A model generated the notes under the pieces. It made no database searches. It was given only the letters and a program-made list of their open reading frames with translations, and was not told the origin of the DNA. The translations under genes were made by a program, and so were the position numbers. A DNA stretch of 41,445 bases from Octopus bimaculoides (taxonomy: Eukaryota): the NCBI RefSeq assembly GCF_001194135.2, contig NC_068983.1, positions 39,235,232 through 39,276,676 of the forward strand, written 5' to 3'. Position 1 is the stretch's first letter, and each line of letters starts with the position of its first letter. Of the stretch, positions 1 to 11,577 are shown piece by piece.

Positions 1-43
<43 letters not shown>

Positions 44-432
44 CCTAACTGTTTTTCAAGCCGATCGCATGGAGTGTGTGTAGTTGTTGTAATGCCAATA
101 ATGCTAAAACTGATATTAAATGTGACTAGGCCAGCAAAATAATCGAACAGGAAAGGTAAAGTGTAACGATTATCATTAAGAAAATTCAATGCAATACACT
201 GTTTTAATTCATTTGGTGGTGTTAACTGACTTATCCATTATTAAGTTGGTGTTAGAATATAGCTTAACATAAAATGATGAGGGAATATTTAGACAACTCG
301 AATACAGTAATTAACAGCAAGTTATGACAGTTTCTGTGCAATCAACTGTTAAATTACTTCACAGAATCGTATATTGGTATTTGTAATTCTGTGTTTGATT
401 TTTAAATTATTCTCTGTGATTTTTGAGTTATA

Positions 433-893
433 TTTACTCTTTTACTTGTTTCAAGTCATTTGACTGCGGCCATGCTGGAGCACCACCTTTAGTCAAGCAA
501 ATCGACCCCAGGACTTATTCTTTGGAAGCCTAGTACTTATTCTATCGGTCTCTTTTTGCCGAACCGCTAAGTTACAGGGGCGTAAACACACCTCTATCGG
601 TTGTCAAGCGATGGTAGGGGAACAAACACAGACACACAAACACACATACACACATATATNNNNNNNNNNNNNNNNNNNNNNNNNNNNNNNNNNNNNNNNN
701 NNNNNNNNNNNNNNNNNNNNNNNNNNNTATATACATATATACGACGGGCTTCTTTCAGTTTCCGTCTACCAAATCCACTCACAAGGCTTTGGTCGGCCCG
801 AGGCTATAGTAGAAGTCACTTGCCCAAGGTGCCATGCAGTGGGACTGAACCCGGAACCATGTGGTTGGTAAGCAAGCTACTTACCACACAACC
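433..893 (-). mobile_element. tRNA-head SINE family B, with an internal TA/TG microsatellite and N gap. Other copies at about 9355-9740(+), 12766-13120(+), 13455-13610(-), 19294-19570(+), 29345-29530(+), 35195-35330(-), 36465-36630(+)
   Basis: Recurrent head gtggctgtgtggtaag...ggttcagtcccact (A/B-box-like), central ggcaccttgggcaagtgtctt, and tail ...gaaacaagtaaaag shared among the copies. Confidence 0.85.
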
Positions 894-1040
894 AACAGAT
901 GTTAATACAGATATGCACTGAGCACTATATTGATTTCAACATGTCAATCACATTTTCTTCAAAATCTGTTGCAGGTGAGCATCTGGCTAGTAGTCAACTG
1001 AAGCTAAAGACTTAAGACTTATTAACCATTTAGCCTTTGA

Positions 1041-1260
1041 CCCTTTGGATACCAACCCATTCAAAAAGCCCCTGGATCTTTGATACAAACTTCATATTTT
1101 AAAGTGATTTACATTAAAACCTGTCATCAGAATTTTGTGTTAATTTATGTGTAAATACCAGCTTGATGTAGACAAAGTTATGTTAGTAAATTTTTAATTT
1201 TTTCCACAATTAATTGAAACAAGGGCAGCGTATTTTAATAGCGATACGCTAACAAAAGGT
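1041..1260 (+). mobile_element. Second TTAA-type MITE. Related copies at about 7290-7500, 15588-15775 (reverse) and 29740-29880
   Basis: Ends ccctttggatacc...aacaaaaggt flanked by ttga/ttaa; internal sequence recurs at the other listed positions. Confidence 0.65.
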
Positions 1261-1534
1261 TTAAGCAAGCCATATCCAGCTCAAATATTCTACCTGTTCT
1301 ATATTCAAACCAACCAGATCCTGCCCCTCACACCTACCCTGCATTGTTATTCTAAAAGTTAAACAATCACATCATCGAGCTCGTGAAGATATGAGAGATA
1401 ATGCATGATTGATTCAAAGCAATCATCATCATTTAACACCTGTTTTCCATGCTGGCATGGGTTGGATGGTTTGGCAGAAATTGATAAACTAGTGAGCTTC
1501 ACCAGGCTCCAATTGTCTGTCTTGACATAGTTTC

Positions 1535-1745
1535 TTATTTCTTTATTGCCCACAAGGGGCTAAACATAGAAGGGACAAACAAGGACAGACCCCAGTGCGT
1601 AACTGGTACTTAATTTATCGACCCTGAAAGGATGAAAGGCAAAGTCGACCTCGACGGAATTTGAACTCAAAACGTAATGGCAGACTAAATACCGCTAAGC
1701 ATTTCGCCCGGCGTACTAACATTTCTGCCAACTCACCGCCTTAAC
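1535..1745 (-). mobile_element. tRNA-head SINE family A (Nin-domain-like core) with 13-bp target-site duplication
   Basis: Head aaggcgg(t)gag(t)tggcagaaa...ttttgagttcaaattcc and core gtcgactttgcctttcatcctttc..gggtcgataaattaagtaccagtt. TSD ttgacatagtttc at 1522-1534 and 1753-1765. Confidence 0.9.
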
Positions 1746-2100
1746 ATATGTTTTGACATAGTTTCTACGGCTGACTATCAACCATTTTATAAAGTGTACT
1801 GGATGCTATTTTTATGTGGCACCAGCACCAGCAGAGTTGCTGAGTAACTTGTGATACAATGACCTCTTACTCGAGAGGAGTGAAACTGAAGGAAGTGGCT
1901 GTGTACCAGTTGAATAAATAAACATTACAATTGACTGAGTAATTGGAATGCTAAATGGTTAAGTTAAAAGTTCAGTTCCCTTATCATTTTATATGCTAAG
2001 AAGAAATATATCATATTCATTCTCTCACTATTAATGTCTAATTAGTATTTAACGAAATTAATATTCACTTAAAATATTTTTGTTAATATTTTTGTTGCAG

Positions 2101-2357
2101 CAAAATGGAATAACCAAGTCGAAGCCGCAGTGAAAATGCAGAAAAAAGACTGTGTGACGACTGCTGCATTTTTAGATGAAGCTCAAATTTTAAAAAGCAT
2201 ACAACATAACAACATCGTCAAGCTTCTGGCAGTTTGTAGTGATGAACCTGTCTATTTAGTAACTGAGTATATGGTAAATGGACGTCTTTCACAATACCTT
2301 CGTGAAGGGAAAGGAAAGCAGCTAGGTTTGACTAGCTTACTTTGGATATCAGCACAG
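2101..2357 (+). CDS. Src-family-like tyrosine kinase, internal exon (kinase subdomains II-V)
   Basis: Acceptor ttttgttgcag at 2100 and donor CAG|gtaaga at 2358. Phase-1 start gives (A)KWNNQVEAAVKMQKKDCVTTAAFLDEAQILKSIQHNNIVKLLAVCSDEPVYLVTEYMVNGRLSQYLREGKGKQLGLTSLLWISAQ. This is collinear with Src VAIK / AFLQEAQ / EPIYIVTEYM / MAAQ; the catalytic Lys, alphaC Glu and Thr gatekeeper are present. Confidence 0.95.
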
Positions 2358-2430
2358 GTAAGATAAAACATAAACATTTCATTGGTGGCATGGGTTTCTA
2401 AAAAACAATTGAGTTCCTTTCAGTGTTATA

Positions 2431-2935
2431 TGGCATGTAAAAAGCACCATCTGAGAGTAGTCGATGCCAGTGCCGCCTGACTGGCTCCTGTACTGGTGGC
2501 ATGTAAAAAGCACCATTCGAGCGTGGTCGGTGCCAGTGCTGCCTGACTGGCTCCTGTGCCAGTGGCATGTAAAAAGCACCAATCAAGCATGGTCGATGCC
2601 AGTGCTGCTTGACTGGCTCCTGTACTGGTGACACGTAAAAAGCACCATTCGAGCGTAGTTGATACCAGTGCTGCCTGACTGGTATGTAAAAAGCACCATT
2701 CAAGTGTGGTCACTTGCCAGTGCCACCTGACTGGCCCCCATGCCGGTGGTACGTAAAAAGCACCCACTACACTCTTAGAGTAGTTGGCGTTAGAAAGGAC
2801 AGGGCATCCAGCTGTAGAAACCTTGCCAGAACAGATTGGAGCCTGGTCCAGCCTCCTGGTTTGCCAGTCCTCAGTCAAACCGTCCAACCCATGCCAGCAT
2901 GGAAAGCAGACATTAAACGATTATGATGATGATGT
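2431..2935 (+). mobile_element. RTE-LINE 3'-end-derived element (family C) with 66-bp tandem array and (GAT)n tail. Other copies at about 1426-1910(-), 4450-4660(-), 6060-6260(-), 7500-7680(-), 8090-8285(+), 9765-10090(-), 11115-11317(+), 13620-13760(-), 16835-17035(+), 19105-19195(+), 20115-20305(+), 26765-26872(+), 36650-37214(+)
   Basis: Array units start at 2431, 2497, 2563, 2629, 2680 and 2746. The shared 3' end is ...ccaacccatgc(c/t)agcatggaaagc.gac.ttaaacgatgatgat. Confidence 0.85.
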
Positions 2936-3039
2936 TGTAGTAAAGTCTCTTTATTTGTTAATTTTATTTAACCCACCTAACATCATCCTTCTTTTGTCTT
3001 CTCCTTTCTATTTTTCCATCATTACTACTCTGCTGCTCA

Positions 3040-3385
3040 TGCCTCTCACAACTGATGGTGTGGAGAGCACAAGTTAAGCGGGCAGGCCACCATCTTTGAA
3101 TGCTCGACACATGATTCCCCAAGAGACTATTTTACAGCAAATTGCCAGGAGGCAAGCACTCACAAGGTGGACAGAAAAAGTGTTACAAGGGCACAAAGAA
3201 TATGTGAACCACATAAGTCCAGAGCCAACTCCTTACTTTCAATCCCAACAGACCCCACAGTGCCTGACATGTGGCAGGGCCTTCTGAGCATGCATCAGAC
3301 CGAATGGCTACAGCCAGACAGAGCGTGCTCCCATTTCTCTATTGTGATGCCCTTGGTCATCATCAACAATGATGGAATGAACTAA
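3040..3385 (+). mobile_element. Degenerate C-terminal fragment of an RTE-clade LINE ORF
   Basis: Frame from 3067 reads AQVKRAGHHL*MLDT*FPKRLFYSKLPGGKHSQGGQKKCYK, compared with QLRWAGH..RM.D.R.PK.L.Y..L..GKRS.GGQKKRYK. A terminal CxxC zinc-finger remnant CLTCGRAF follows. Confidence 0.8.
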
Positions 3386-4857
3386 TAATACTGTCAGTCA
3401 TCTACTACTACACCTCCTCCTCTTCACTCTCTGGTTCCACTTTATTCTCAAATCAGGTACTTCTGTTGGTAAGTGACCGAAGCAAAGGAAGTGTTAAGAA
3501 CATCAGTAGAAGAGTTTTATGGCCAATTGAACAGTTTTATCTGGTCCACTGAGTCATCGTTTCAGAGTTGAACAGTGTCCAGAATTATTCATGTATCTGA
3601 TAATGAACATTACTAATAAATTAGGGATGAGATAATGTAAAAACAACGATGGTATTCATTTAATAGTTGGATTAACAATGATTATTAATGTGTGTGCATA
3701 TGTGAGAAGAAAACAACAAAAATGTATGTATACAGACATTCATACATGTGTGCATACATGAGAGAACGCGCAAAAGTGTTTGTGTGTGTGTATATTTCTG
3801 AGTGTACATATGTATGTGAGTATGCATTTGTGTGTGTGTGTTGAAGGGTGCATTCACACCTATGTGTGCACATTTGTGTGTTAGTATACTTGTACGTATG
3901 TGTGCATGTTTGGTTTGGTCAGCTTAGCATTTCGTTACTTGTTAATTAACAGTTATCAATCTAATTAAAGCAGCAACTTGAATGTAGAGTATTGACTTGT
4001 CTGCATATTTATACAGAGATTGTGTGTCCGAGACAGTTGGCATGAGTCATTACTGGAATTGGATTCCTCTTGATTTGGTAAACAAAGCTTTCAGCCAACC
4101 ATCTTGAAAACTGAAAGAAAATGCATTCATGTAACTATATACGAGTGTGTTTCAGTTGGCAGTTTAGCCTTAGTCAGCCTTGATAAAATAGATGGTCCAG
4201 GCTTCATGATCATCCTTCTTGTCTTTTTAGAGTTACTCATGACTACATTCTTCTTCTTTATCCTTTTATTCTCTTAATGGTTTCAGTCGTAGGGCTGTGG
4301 CCAAGCTGAAGCACTGCTGTAATTTATTTTCTCTGTTTTGTTGTCGCTTCCTGGCTGGAAGTTTGTCTATGATTGAATTTGTTACATCTGATCTTCCCTG
4401 AATGTATCTTCGAATGGTTAGCTGGTCTGGTGTCATCGTTAGTTTATCTAATCATTATCATCATCATCCAATACCCATTTTCCATGCTGGCATGGGTTGA
4501 ACAGTTTGACAAGAGCTGGTGAGTTGGAGAGCTGCACCAGGCTCCCATTGTCTGTTTCGGCTTGGTTTCTATGGCCGGATGCTAACCACTTTACAGAGTG
4601 TACTGGGTGCCTTTCATGTGGTGCTGACACAGGTTCTTCCCATATGGCACCAGCACAGTTTCTTTTCACATGTTTCAGTAGAGGTTCTTGGGATGTGATA
4701 TGAGGTTGACTTGGCTGCTATTTTAGCATGTTGCTTGACAAGGTAGTGGCTCCTTTGTTGGCCTCTATGTATAATTCGTGTGGTGTTTATGTGTACATGT
4801 ATGTGTATTAAAGGCTTCTTCTACGTATTTCTATATAGTCAATGTTTGTCATAAGAA

Positions 4858-5180
4858 GGCACATAGCTTAGTGGTTAGGGCATTCAGCTCTTTAGTGCAG
4901 GATCATGAGTTCAATTCCTAGCAATATGTTGTGTCTTTGAGTGATACACTACTTCACATTGCTCCAGTCCACTCACCTGGCAAAAATGAGTAGTACCTAT
5001 AATTGGAAGGGCCAGCCTTGTCACATTCTGTGTCACACTGTATCTCCCTGAGAACTACATTAAATGTACACATGTCTGTGGAGTGCTCAGCCACTTGCAT
5101 GCTAATTTCATGAGCAGGCTATTTGGTTGTTCGAATCAACTGGAATCCCCATTGTCATAACCAACAGAGAGCCAGGCCAT
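4858..5180 (+). mobile_element. tRNA-head SINE family D. Partial copies at about 15770-15900(+), 15995-16160(-), 30450-30600(+), 39229-39415(+)
   Basis: Head gcttagtggttagggc...gagttcaattcc, core gtgtc(c/t)ttgag..a.acact...cacattgctccagtccactc, and tail gtctgtggagtgctcagccacttgca recur in the listed copies. Confidence 0.8.
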
Positions 5181-5394
5181 TTGTCACAGACAGAGAAATG
5201 TTCACTTAACATCAGTGTTTCATGAGTCAGATTACTTTACCAATTAATTCTAAAATTAAAAAAATTAAATATTTATCAACAGGAAAGCTTATTAATCACA
5301 TGACATTTTTTCAAGACTTTTATATGATTTTGTTGGTCTTTGTTTTGTTAAAATTTGTTTTGTTTTGTTTTTTTTTTTTGTTTTTTTGTCGCAG

Positions 5395-5407
5395 ATTGCT
5401 GATGGGA
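5395..5407 (+). CDS. Start of the kinase catalytic-loop exon (IADG(M)...); remainder lies in the N gap 5408-5867
   Basis: Long T-rich tract then cgcag|ATT GCT GAT GGG A, matching Src IASGM that follows ...AAQ. The phase-0 start matches the previous donor. The end cannot be seen; it would be near 5548 if the exon has the Src-type 154 nt. Confidence 0.85.
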
Positions 5408-5867
5408 NNNNNNNNNNNNNNNNNNNNNNNNNNNNNNNNNNNNNNNNNNNNNNNNNNNNNNNNNNNNNNNNNNNNNNNNNNNNNNNNNNNNNNNNNNNNN
5501 NNNNNNNNNNNNNNNNNNNNNNNNNNNNNNNNNNNNNNNNNNNNNNNNNNNNNNNNNNNNNNNNNNNNNNNNNNNNNNNNNNNNNNNNNNNNNNNNNNNN
5601 NNNNNNNNNNNNNNNNNNNNNNNNNNNNNNNNNNNNNNNNNNNNNNNNNNNNNNNNNNNNNNNNNNNNNNNNNNNNNNNNNNNNNNNNNNNNNNNNNNNN
5701 NNNNNNNNNNNNNNNNNNNNNNNNNNNNNNNNNNNNNNNNNNNNNNNNNNNNNNNNNNNNNNNNNNNNNNNNNNNNNNNNNNNNNNNNNNNNNNNNNNNN
5801 NNNNNNNNNNNNNNNNNNNNNNNNNNNNNNNNNNNNNNNNNNNNNNNNNNNNNNNNNNNNNNNNNNN
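5408..5867. other. Assembly gap. Other large gaps at 660-727, 11701-11851, 32534-32830, 37219-37381, 40826-40986
   Basis: Runs of N. Confidence 1.
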
Positions 5868-7928
5868 AGTGTTTATTGAGCGGCAGGGAGTGGTAGCGAC
5901 CCCTGTTGTACTCTTTCGCCCCAACTTTCTCTCTTTCTTCCTGTTTCTTGAGTAATGCTGTGATGGACTGGCACCCCATTCAGCTGGGGAGGAACACATA
6001 TGCCATAGAAACCGGAAAACTGGGCCCATGAGCCTGGCTCGGCTTTGAAAGGGTGACAGAATTATGAATTTTCCATGCTGGCACAGATTGAAAGGTTTGG
6101 CAGGAGTTGGCAAGCTGGAGGGCTACACTAGGCTCTAGTCATTTGTTTTGGCATGGTTTCTACAGCTGGATGCCCTTCCCAATGCCAACCACTTTACAGA
6201 GTTTAGTGGGTGTTTTTTACATGGTGCCAGCACTAGTGCTTTTTACATGACACCGGTAACAAAAAAGTTAAATTTTCATTAATAACCTTAACATCTTGTT
6301 GGTATGTATTGTTGTTGTTGTTGGGTAGGTTTGATCAATACTTTCTATGAATGCTCTTGGTTTGCTGTTCTGTCAAAAGATATCAATATCCTATATTGGT
6401 ATCTTTGGCACCTGGACTCTATCTGTGTCTTCTATTACCATGTGATTGATTTATTAATAATATGCAGACTGTCTGCTGTGTATTTTCTTTGATGTCACCG
6501 TTGGAAGGATTAAATGGAGCAATTAATATAATTAACAGTAATTACTGAAGTTCATTCATATCTGATTTTATAGGACCTGATGATGCTTTATTTATCATAT
6601 TTCACTTCACTTACCTATTAGAAATGGCTACCAGATCTTTTGACAATGCTGTCTCTGATAACATAATTGTCTTTTGTATTAATAACACAACTCATTTCAC
6701 AGCTGTATTATCAGAGGCTACATGAGTCCTTCAAGTTCATAGAGATTATTATTTTAATATCTGTATTAATAGAAATCTTGTAATTATATGCATAAATGGT
6801 ATTAGTGATTCTGACGAATCACAAATTTTCATGACTTGTTTATGAAAATGTAGACAACAATGATTAATTATATTATAATGTGTATAAGCCTACCTGGTTT
6901 TTAAAATTTTAAGTTCAATCTTTTTTTTTTTTTTTGCTGTAGATATTTTTTAGATACATTTTATTTCCAGCCTGTGGATTTTACTATTGTTATCACTAAA
7001 TAAGGAAATAATGAGCTAATTGTCTCATTATATAAACATTCTTGCTAACAAACAAGTTCATGTTTAAACTTTAATTAGATATTAAAAAAAAAATCTTGGA
7101 GACAAAAAAAAAAAACATAAACCAAATATTTGATTGATGACATGTAATATCATGGAGATTTTACCACCTCAAATGAATGCAAATGATCCTGCTTAAAATC
7201 TCATTTATATCAGACATAATATTCATTATAGCATCACCTTCTCAACTGAAATTCTTGTTCCATTGACAATTCTGACTCATTCAGACATTTAGCCCTTTTG
7301 ATACCAACTCACTTGAGACCATCTCTGGTTGTCTAAAACTAACTTATTGTTTCAAAGTGACCTAAATTAAGACCCTCCATCAAAATTTCACATTAGTTTA
7401 TGCTCCGTCAGCAACTTAATAATGACAAAGTCATTTAACAAAATTTTTCATTATTTTCAAAATTAATTGAAATAAGGGCAGTGTACTTTAACAGAAATCA
7501 TTGTCATTTAACATCTGTTTTCCATGCTGGCATGGGTTAGCTTGGCAGGAGCTGGCAAAGCCAGGAGCCACACCAGGTTCCATAGTCTGTTTTGGCCTGG
7601 TTTCTACAGCTGGATGTCCTTCCTAATGTCAGCTGCTTTACAGAGTGCACTTGGTGCATTTTATGTGACACCAACACCTACAAATACAGGGTGGTGCAAA
7701 AGTAGGATCACAACATATTGCTTTATCCCATCAGGTCCTGTTAACCTGTTCAATTCATGCTAGCATGGAAGATGGACATGAAATGATGATTATAATGATT
7801 TATGTACTCAGTGAGTTTCATAGTTTTAGTTATCATCATCGTCATTGGATATCCATTTTCCATGCTGGCATGAGTTGAATGACTTGTTAGGAAGCAACAA
7901 GCCAACTACTCTGCAGCATACACTGGGC

Positions 7929-7962
<34 letters not shown>

Positions 7963-9795
7963 TGATGCACATTTACATTCTGTGCTGATCTGATCTACAG
8001 ACAATGTCATTTGTTGACATTTCCCAGTAAATAAATCATGACAGCTCTACATTTTCGAAAAGAAAGTGCCATGTAGAAATTTGCCCCCATGCTGATACCA
8101 TGAAAAAAAGCACCTGGTATACTCTGTGATGTGGTTGGCATTAGGAAGGGTATCCAGCTGTAGAAACCATGCCAGAACAGACAGTTGGAGCCTGGTGCAG
8201 CTCTCTGACTTGCCAGCTCCTGCTAAACTGTCCAACCCATGCCAGCATGGAAAACAGACGTTAGATGACAACAATGATGATGATAAAGGGGAATGTTAAC
8301 ACCTTTATTTGAGAAACATTTATGGGTTTGTGAGAGGAAGGGCATCCAGCTATAAAGCAATGCTTTCCGTAACATGTATTCACCTAAAACCATTCCAGCA
8401 TGGAAAAAGATGAACATAAACTGAACGACCAGTGGACACATCCAACCCAGGGCTAACACTGAAAAGTGATGTAAAATGATGATAGAGATGATGATGATGG
8501 TGATGAAACATTAAAGATTTACATCCATTTTATTAACTGTTTTTATTTCTTTAGGAATGCAGAAAGGAAATAATATCTGGCAATGTTGAAATACTACTTT
8601 TTTGCCTTTTTAAAAGGATACATTAGTAGCTAGCCATGTTAATCACTGCCAAGTAGCATTCATGTAGACTTTTAGTTCCCAGCTTTTCCTTCTTTATTTC
8701 TGTCTTTCTTTCTTTCTTTCTTTTTTTCTTTTTTTCCACCCTACATTCTGTTATTATAAGAGAAAGGTCTCTAATAGTTAGGACAGAGAATATTCCAGCT
8801 AGAAATCTACTGATGTCTAAATTAATAGCTGAAACAATAATTTTAGATCTCGTTACAGCTACATTTAGAGGTTATTTTACTGTCTTTGAGCTTAGTTGTT
8901 ACTACCACTAATACTACTACTACTACTACTACATTTATTTCCTGCCATTTGAAATTTCCCACAAGTCAAGTCAGCACTTCCTGTTGCACAGGAAGTGAAG
9001 TTAGAGATTTCCTTGTGTAGCTTAATAACACATTTGTATTTGGCATATTTCATGTTTTTTTTTTTTCTTTTTTTCACTAATTCTGATGTTCTGTTGGTGT
9101 GTGTGTATGTGTGATGTACTGATGCAGTGAATTTTAGAGAGGTTCTAAGTATTTATTTACCATTTGATGGCTTCCCAGCATTACACTGTGGTAAGCTTTT
9201 GCTTATCATTTGACTATAACACAAACCAAAATTATGTAGCTAATGGTTTTTAAGTATCTTTTCTATAGGTAAAAGTTCATTTTACAAAAACTGTTGATGA
9301 AAGAAAAAGATTTTTCCTAATCCAACTGATATATATATATATATATATTTAGATAGGCATGGTTGTGTAGTAAGATGTTTGCTTCCCAACTACATAGTTC
9401 CAGGTTCAGTCCCACTGCCTGGCACATTAGGCGAGTATCTTCTGCTATAACCTCTGGCTAGGCAAAGCCCTGTAAGTGGACTTGGTACACGGGAACTGAA
9501 AGAAGTCTGTTGTATCTATGTGTGTCTTTCTATCTCTGTCTGTCCCTACATACACACACTAACACCATTGCTCGGCAACTGGTGTTTGTGTGTTTATGTC
9601 CCCATAACTTAGCAGTTCAGCTAAAGAGACCGATAGAATAAGTCCCAGACTTGAATCAAAAATAAACACTAAAAGATTCTTCAAGGTGGTGCCCCAGCAG
9701 GGCACAATCTAAAAACTGAAACAGTTAAAAAATAAAAGATGAACACGATATATATATATATATCATCATCACCATCACCATCATCATTCTATATC

Positions 9796-9936
9796 TGCTC
9801 ATATCCTCTACTTATGTATTAAATGTGTTCATTTGTGTACGTGAGTGGGTATGTGTGTTCCCTTATTGATCTGATATTATTAGTGTCTGACTAATCAGTA
9901 GTTAGCCTCATGGTATTGACAAAATTTACATGATTG
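9796..9936 (+). repeat. 141-bp direct duplication, copy 1 (copy 2 at 10731-10871)
   Basis: tgctcatatcc...ttacatgattg is identical in both copies except one mismatch (aaatgtgttc vs aaatttgttc). Confidence 0.95.
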
Positions 9937-11317
9937 GCATGGGTTGATGATTCTACAGGATCCAATTCTGCTCTAGTGTATCAGTTGTGGCTCGGTTTCT
10001 CTGTCTGGGTACCTTTCTAATACAGAGTGTATTGGGTACATTTTTCATGGCACCAGCATGTGTTGGATTGCCTTGTGACTTGCAAGGCAGAGCCACCACA
10101 TATAAAAGAACAGAAGTTAAAGTAATGATGGAAGGAAAATGAATTATCTAGTGTGCGTAGGTTTTTTTTTTTTAATTAGTACCAGAAGGCAAACTTTTAA
10201 CTCAATTTAAGCAGTGAGCTAAATTACTAAATTGAACTCAATTACTCCATAACATGTAATCTTAACGCTTACTATTTTCATTATTTCTTTCATTCTATTT
10301 ATAACAATAATAAATATATAAATAGCAGCCATCTTCTAAAAATTTTTTAAAATATTTAAAGACTAATTTCCCAGTTGTAGTTTGCTGCTTTTCATGTTTG
10401 TTTATAACGTAAAAGCATTTTCATTTTTTTTTTAATTTCATGTTGACAACAGATAAGATAAACTGTTTAAACCAAAGATGCTATCTTGAAATTAGTGCAT
10501 TTTTTAAATGTTAAATAGCTTCTGACATAAATAGTAAATGTATGACTGGAAAAAATATTTTGCCTGATTCTCAAAGCAATTTTTTTTGTCTTGATAAGGA
10601 AGATATAAACATAAAGTAGGCCATTAGATGGAGAATACAGATTTTGTTCTTTTTTAGATTTGATATTGTCGATCTTGTTATATTGAAAAAGAAATTGAGT
10701 ACAAGCATTAGTGTTAATACTCATTTTGTTTGCTCATATCCTCTACTTATGTATTAAATTTGTTCATTTGTGTACGTGAGTGGGTATGTGTGTTCCCTTA
10801 TTGATCTGATATTATTAGTGTCTGACTAATCAGTAGTTAGCCTCATGGTATTGACAAAATTTACATGATTGAATCCAATCAATATTTGTTACCCACCCAG
10901 CCATCCTTGGTTCTTTGTCCCTGCTCTCTCTCTCTAACCATTTTGACAGTTCTTCCTGATATCTCATCCCATCCATCCTTTCCTCTCTTTCCTGCTGGGT
11001 TAGCCATGTATCTCCTCAACAGCAAGGCACCTGTTCCTGCCCTTTTCCCCTACTTTAGCCTCTCTACACCTACCTTCATACTGCATTCCCATTTTGTCTT
11101 GGGGGGTCTTGACTTGTAAGTTACTGATGGTCTCACTAGTGTTGGTGCTATGGAAAAAGTGCCCAGCATACTTTGTAAAGTAGTTGGCATTTACAGCTAG
11201 AACATTCAGCTATAGAAATTTCGCCAAAGCATGCACTGTATACCAGCACAGTCCTCAGGTTAGCCAAATCCTTTCAAACCTTTCAACCCATACATGCATG
11301 TAACGCAGATGTTAAAT

Positions 11318-11577
11318 CAGTGGTTCTCAGTTTGGCTCCATATGGCCCTTTGTGGTTCATATAAGATTTTGGTTTTGAAAATGATGTGCAATAAACTGTT
11401 TATACTTTTACAATATATGAAATATATCAGCAATTATTATTTTTTTTATACATTTCCTAATAATATTTAATTATAAAAGTAAAATAAGATTTTTAAATAT
11501 CAAATGACTGAGAGAGTCCAGTAAAGTAAAATTGAAATCAAAGGGGCCCCTAGGGAAAAAATGGTTGCGAACCACTG
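11318..11577. mobile_element. hAT-type MITE
   Basis: TIRs cagtggttctcag / ttgcgaaccactg (11/13 match). Degenerate 8-bp TSD tgttaaat / cgtgaaat. Confidence 0.75.

Larger units (their letters stand above)
1022..1962. mobile_element. piggyBac-type (TTAA) non-autonomous element hosting three nested insertions
   Basis: Perfect terminal inverted repeat including TTAA: TTAACCATTTAGC (1022-1034) and GCTAAATGGTTAA (1950-1962). Confidence 0.8.

Noticed and set aside
2431-2765. CRISPR-like look of the 66-bp array, and the repetitive ORFs 2398-2703 and 2426-2887
   Set aside because: Whole units are homologous (no unique spacers), there are no cas genes, the context is eukaryotic, and the ORFs are a by-product of a 3n repeat unit.
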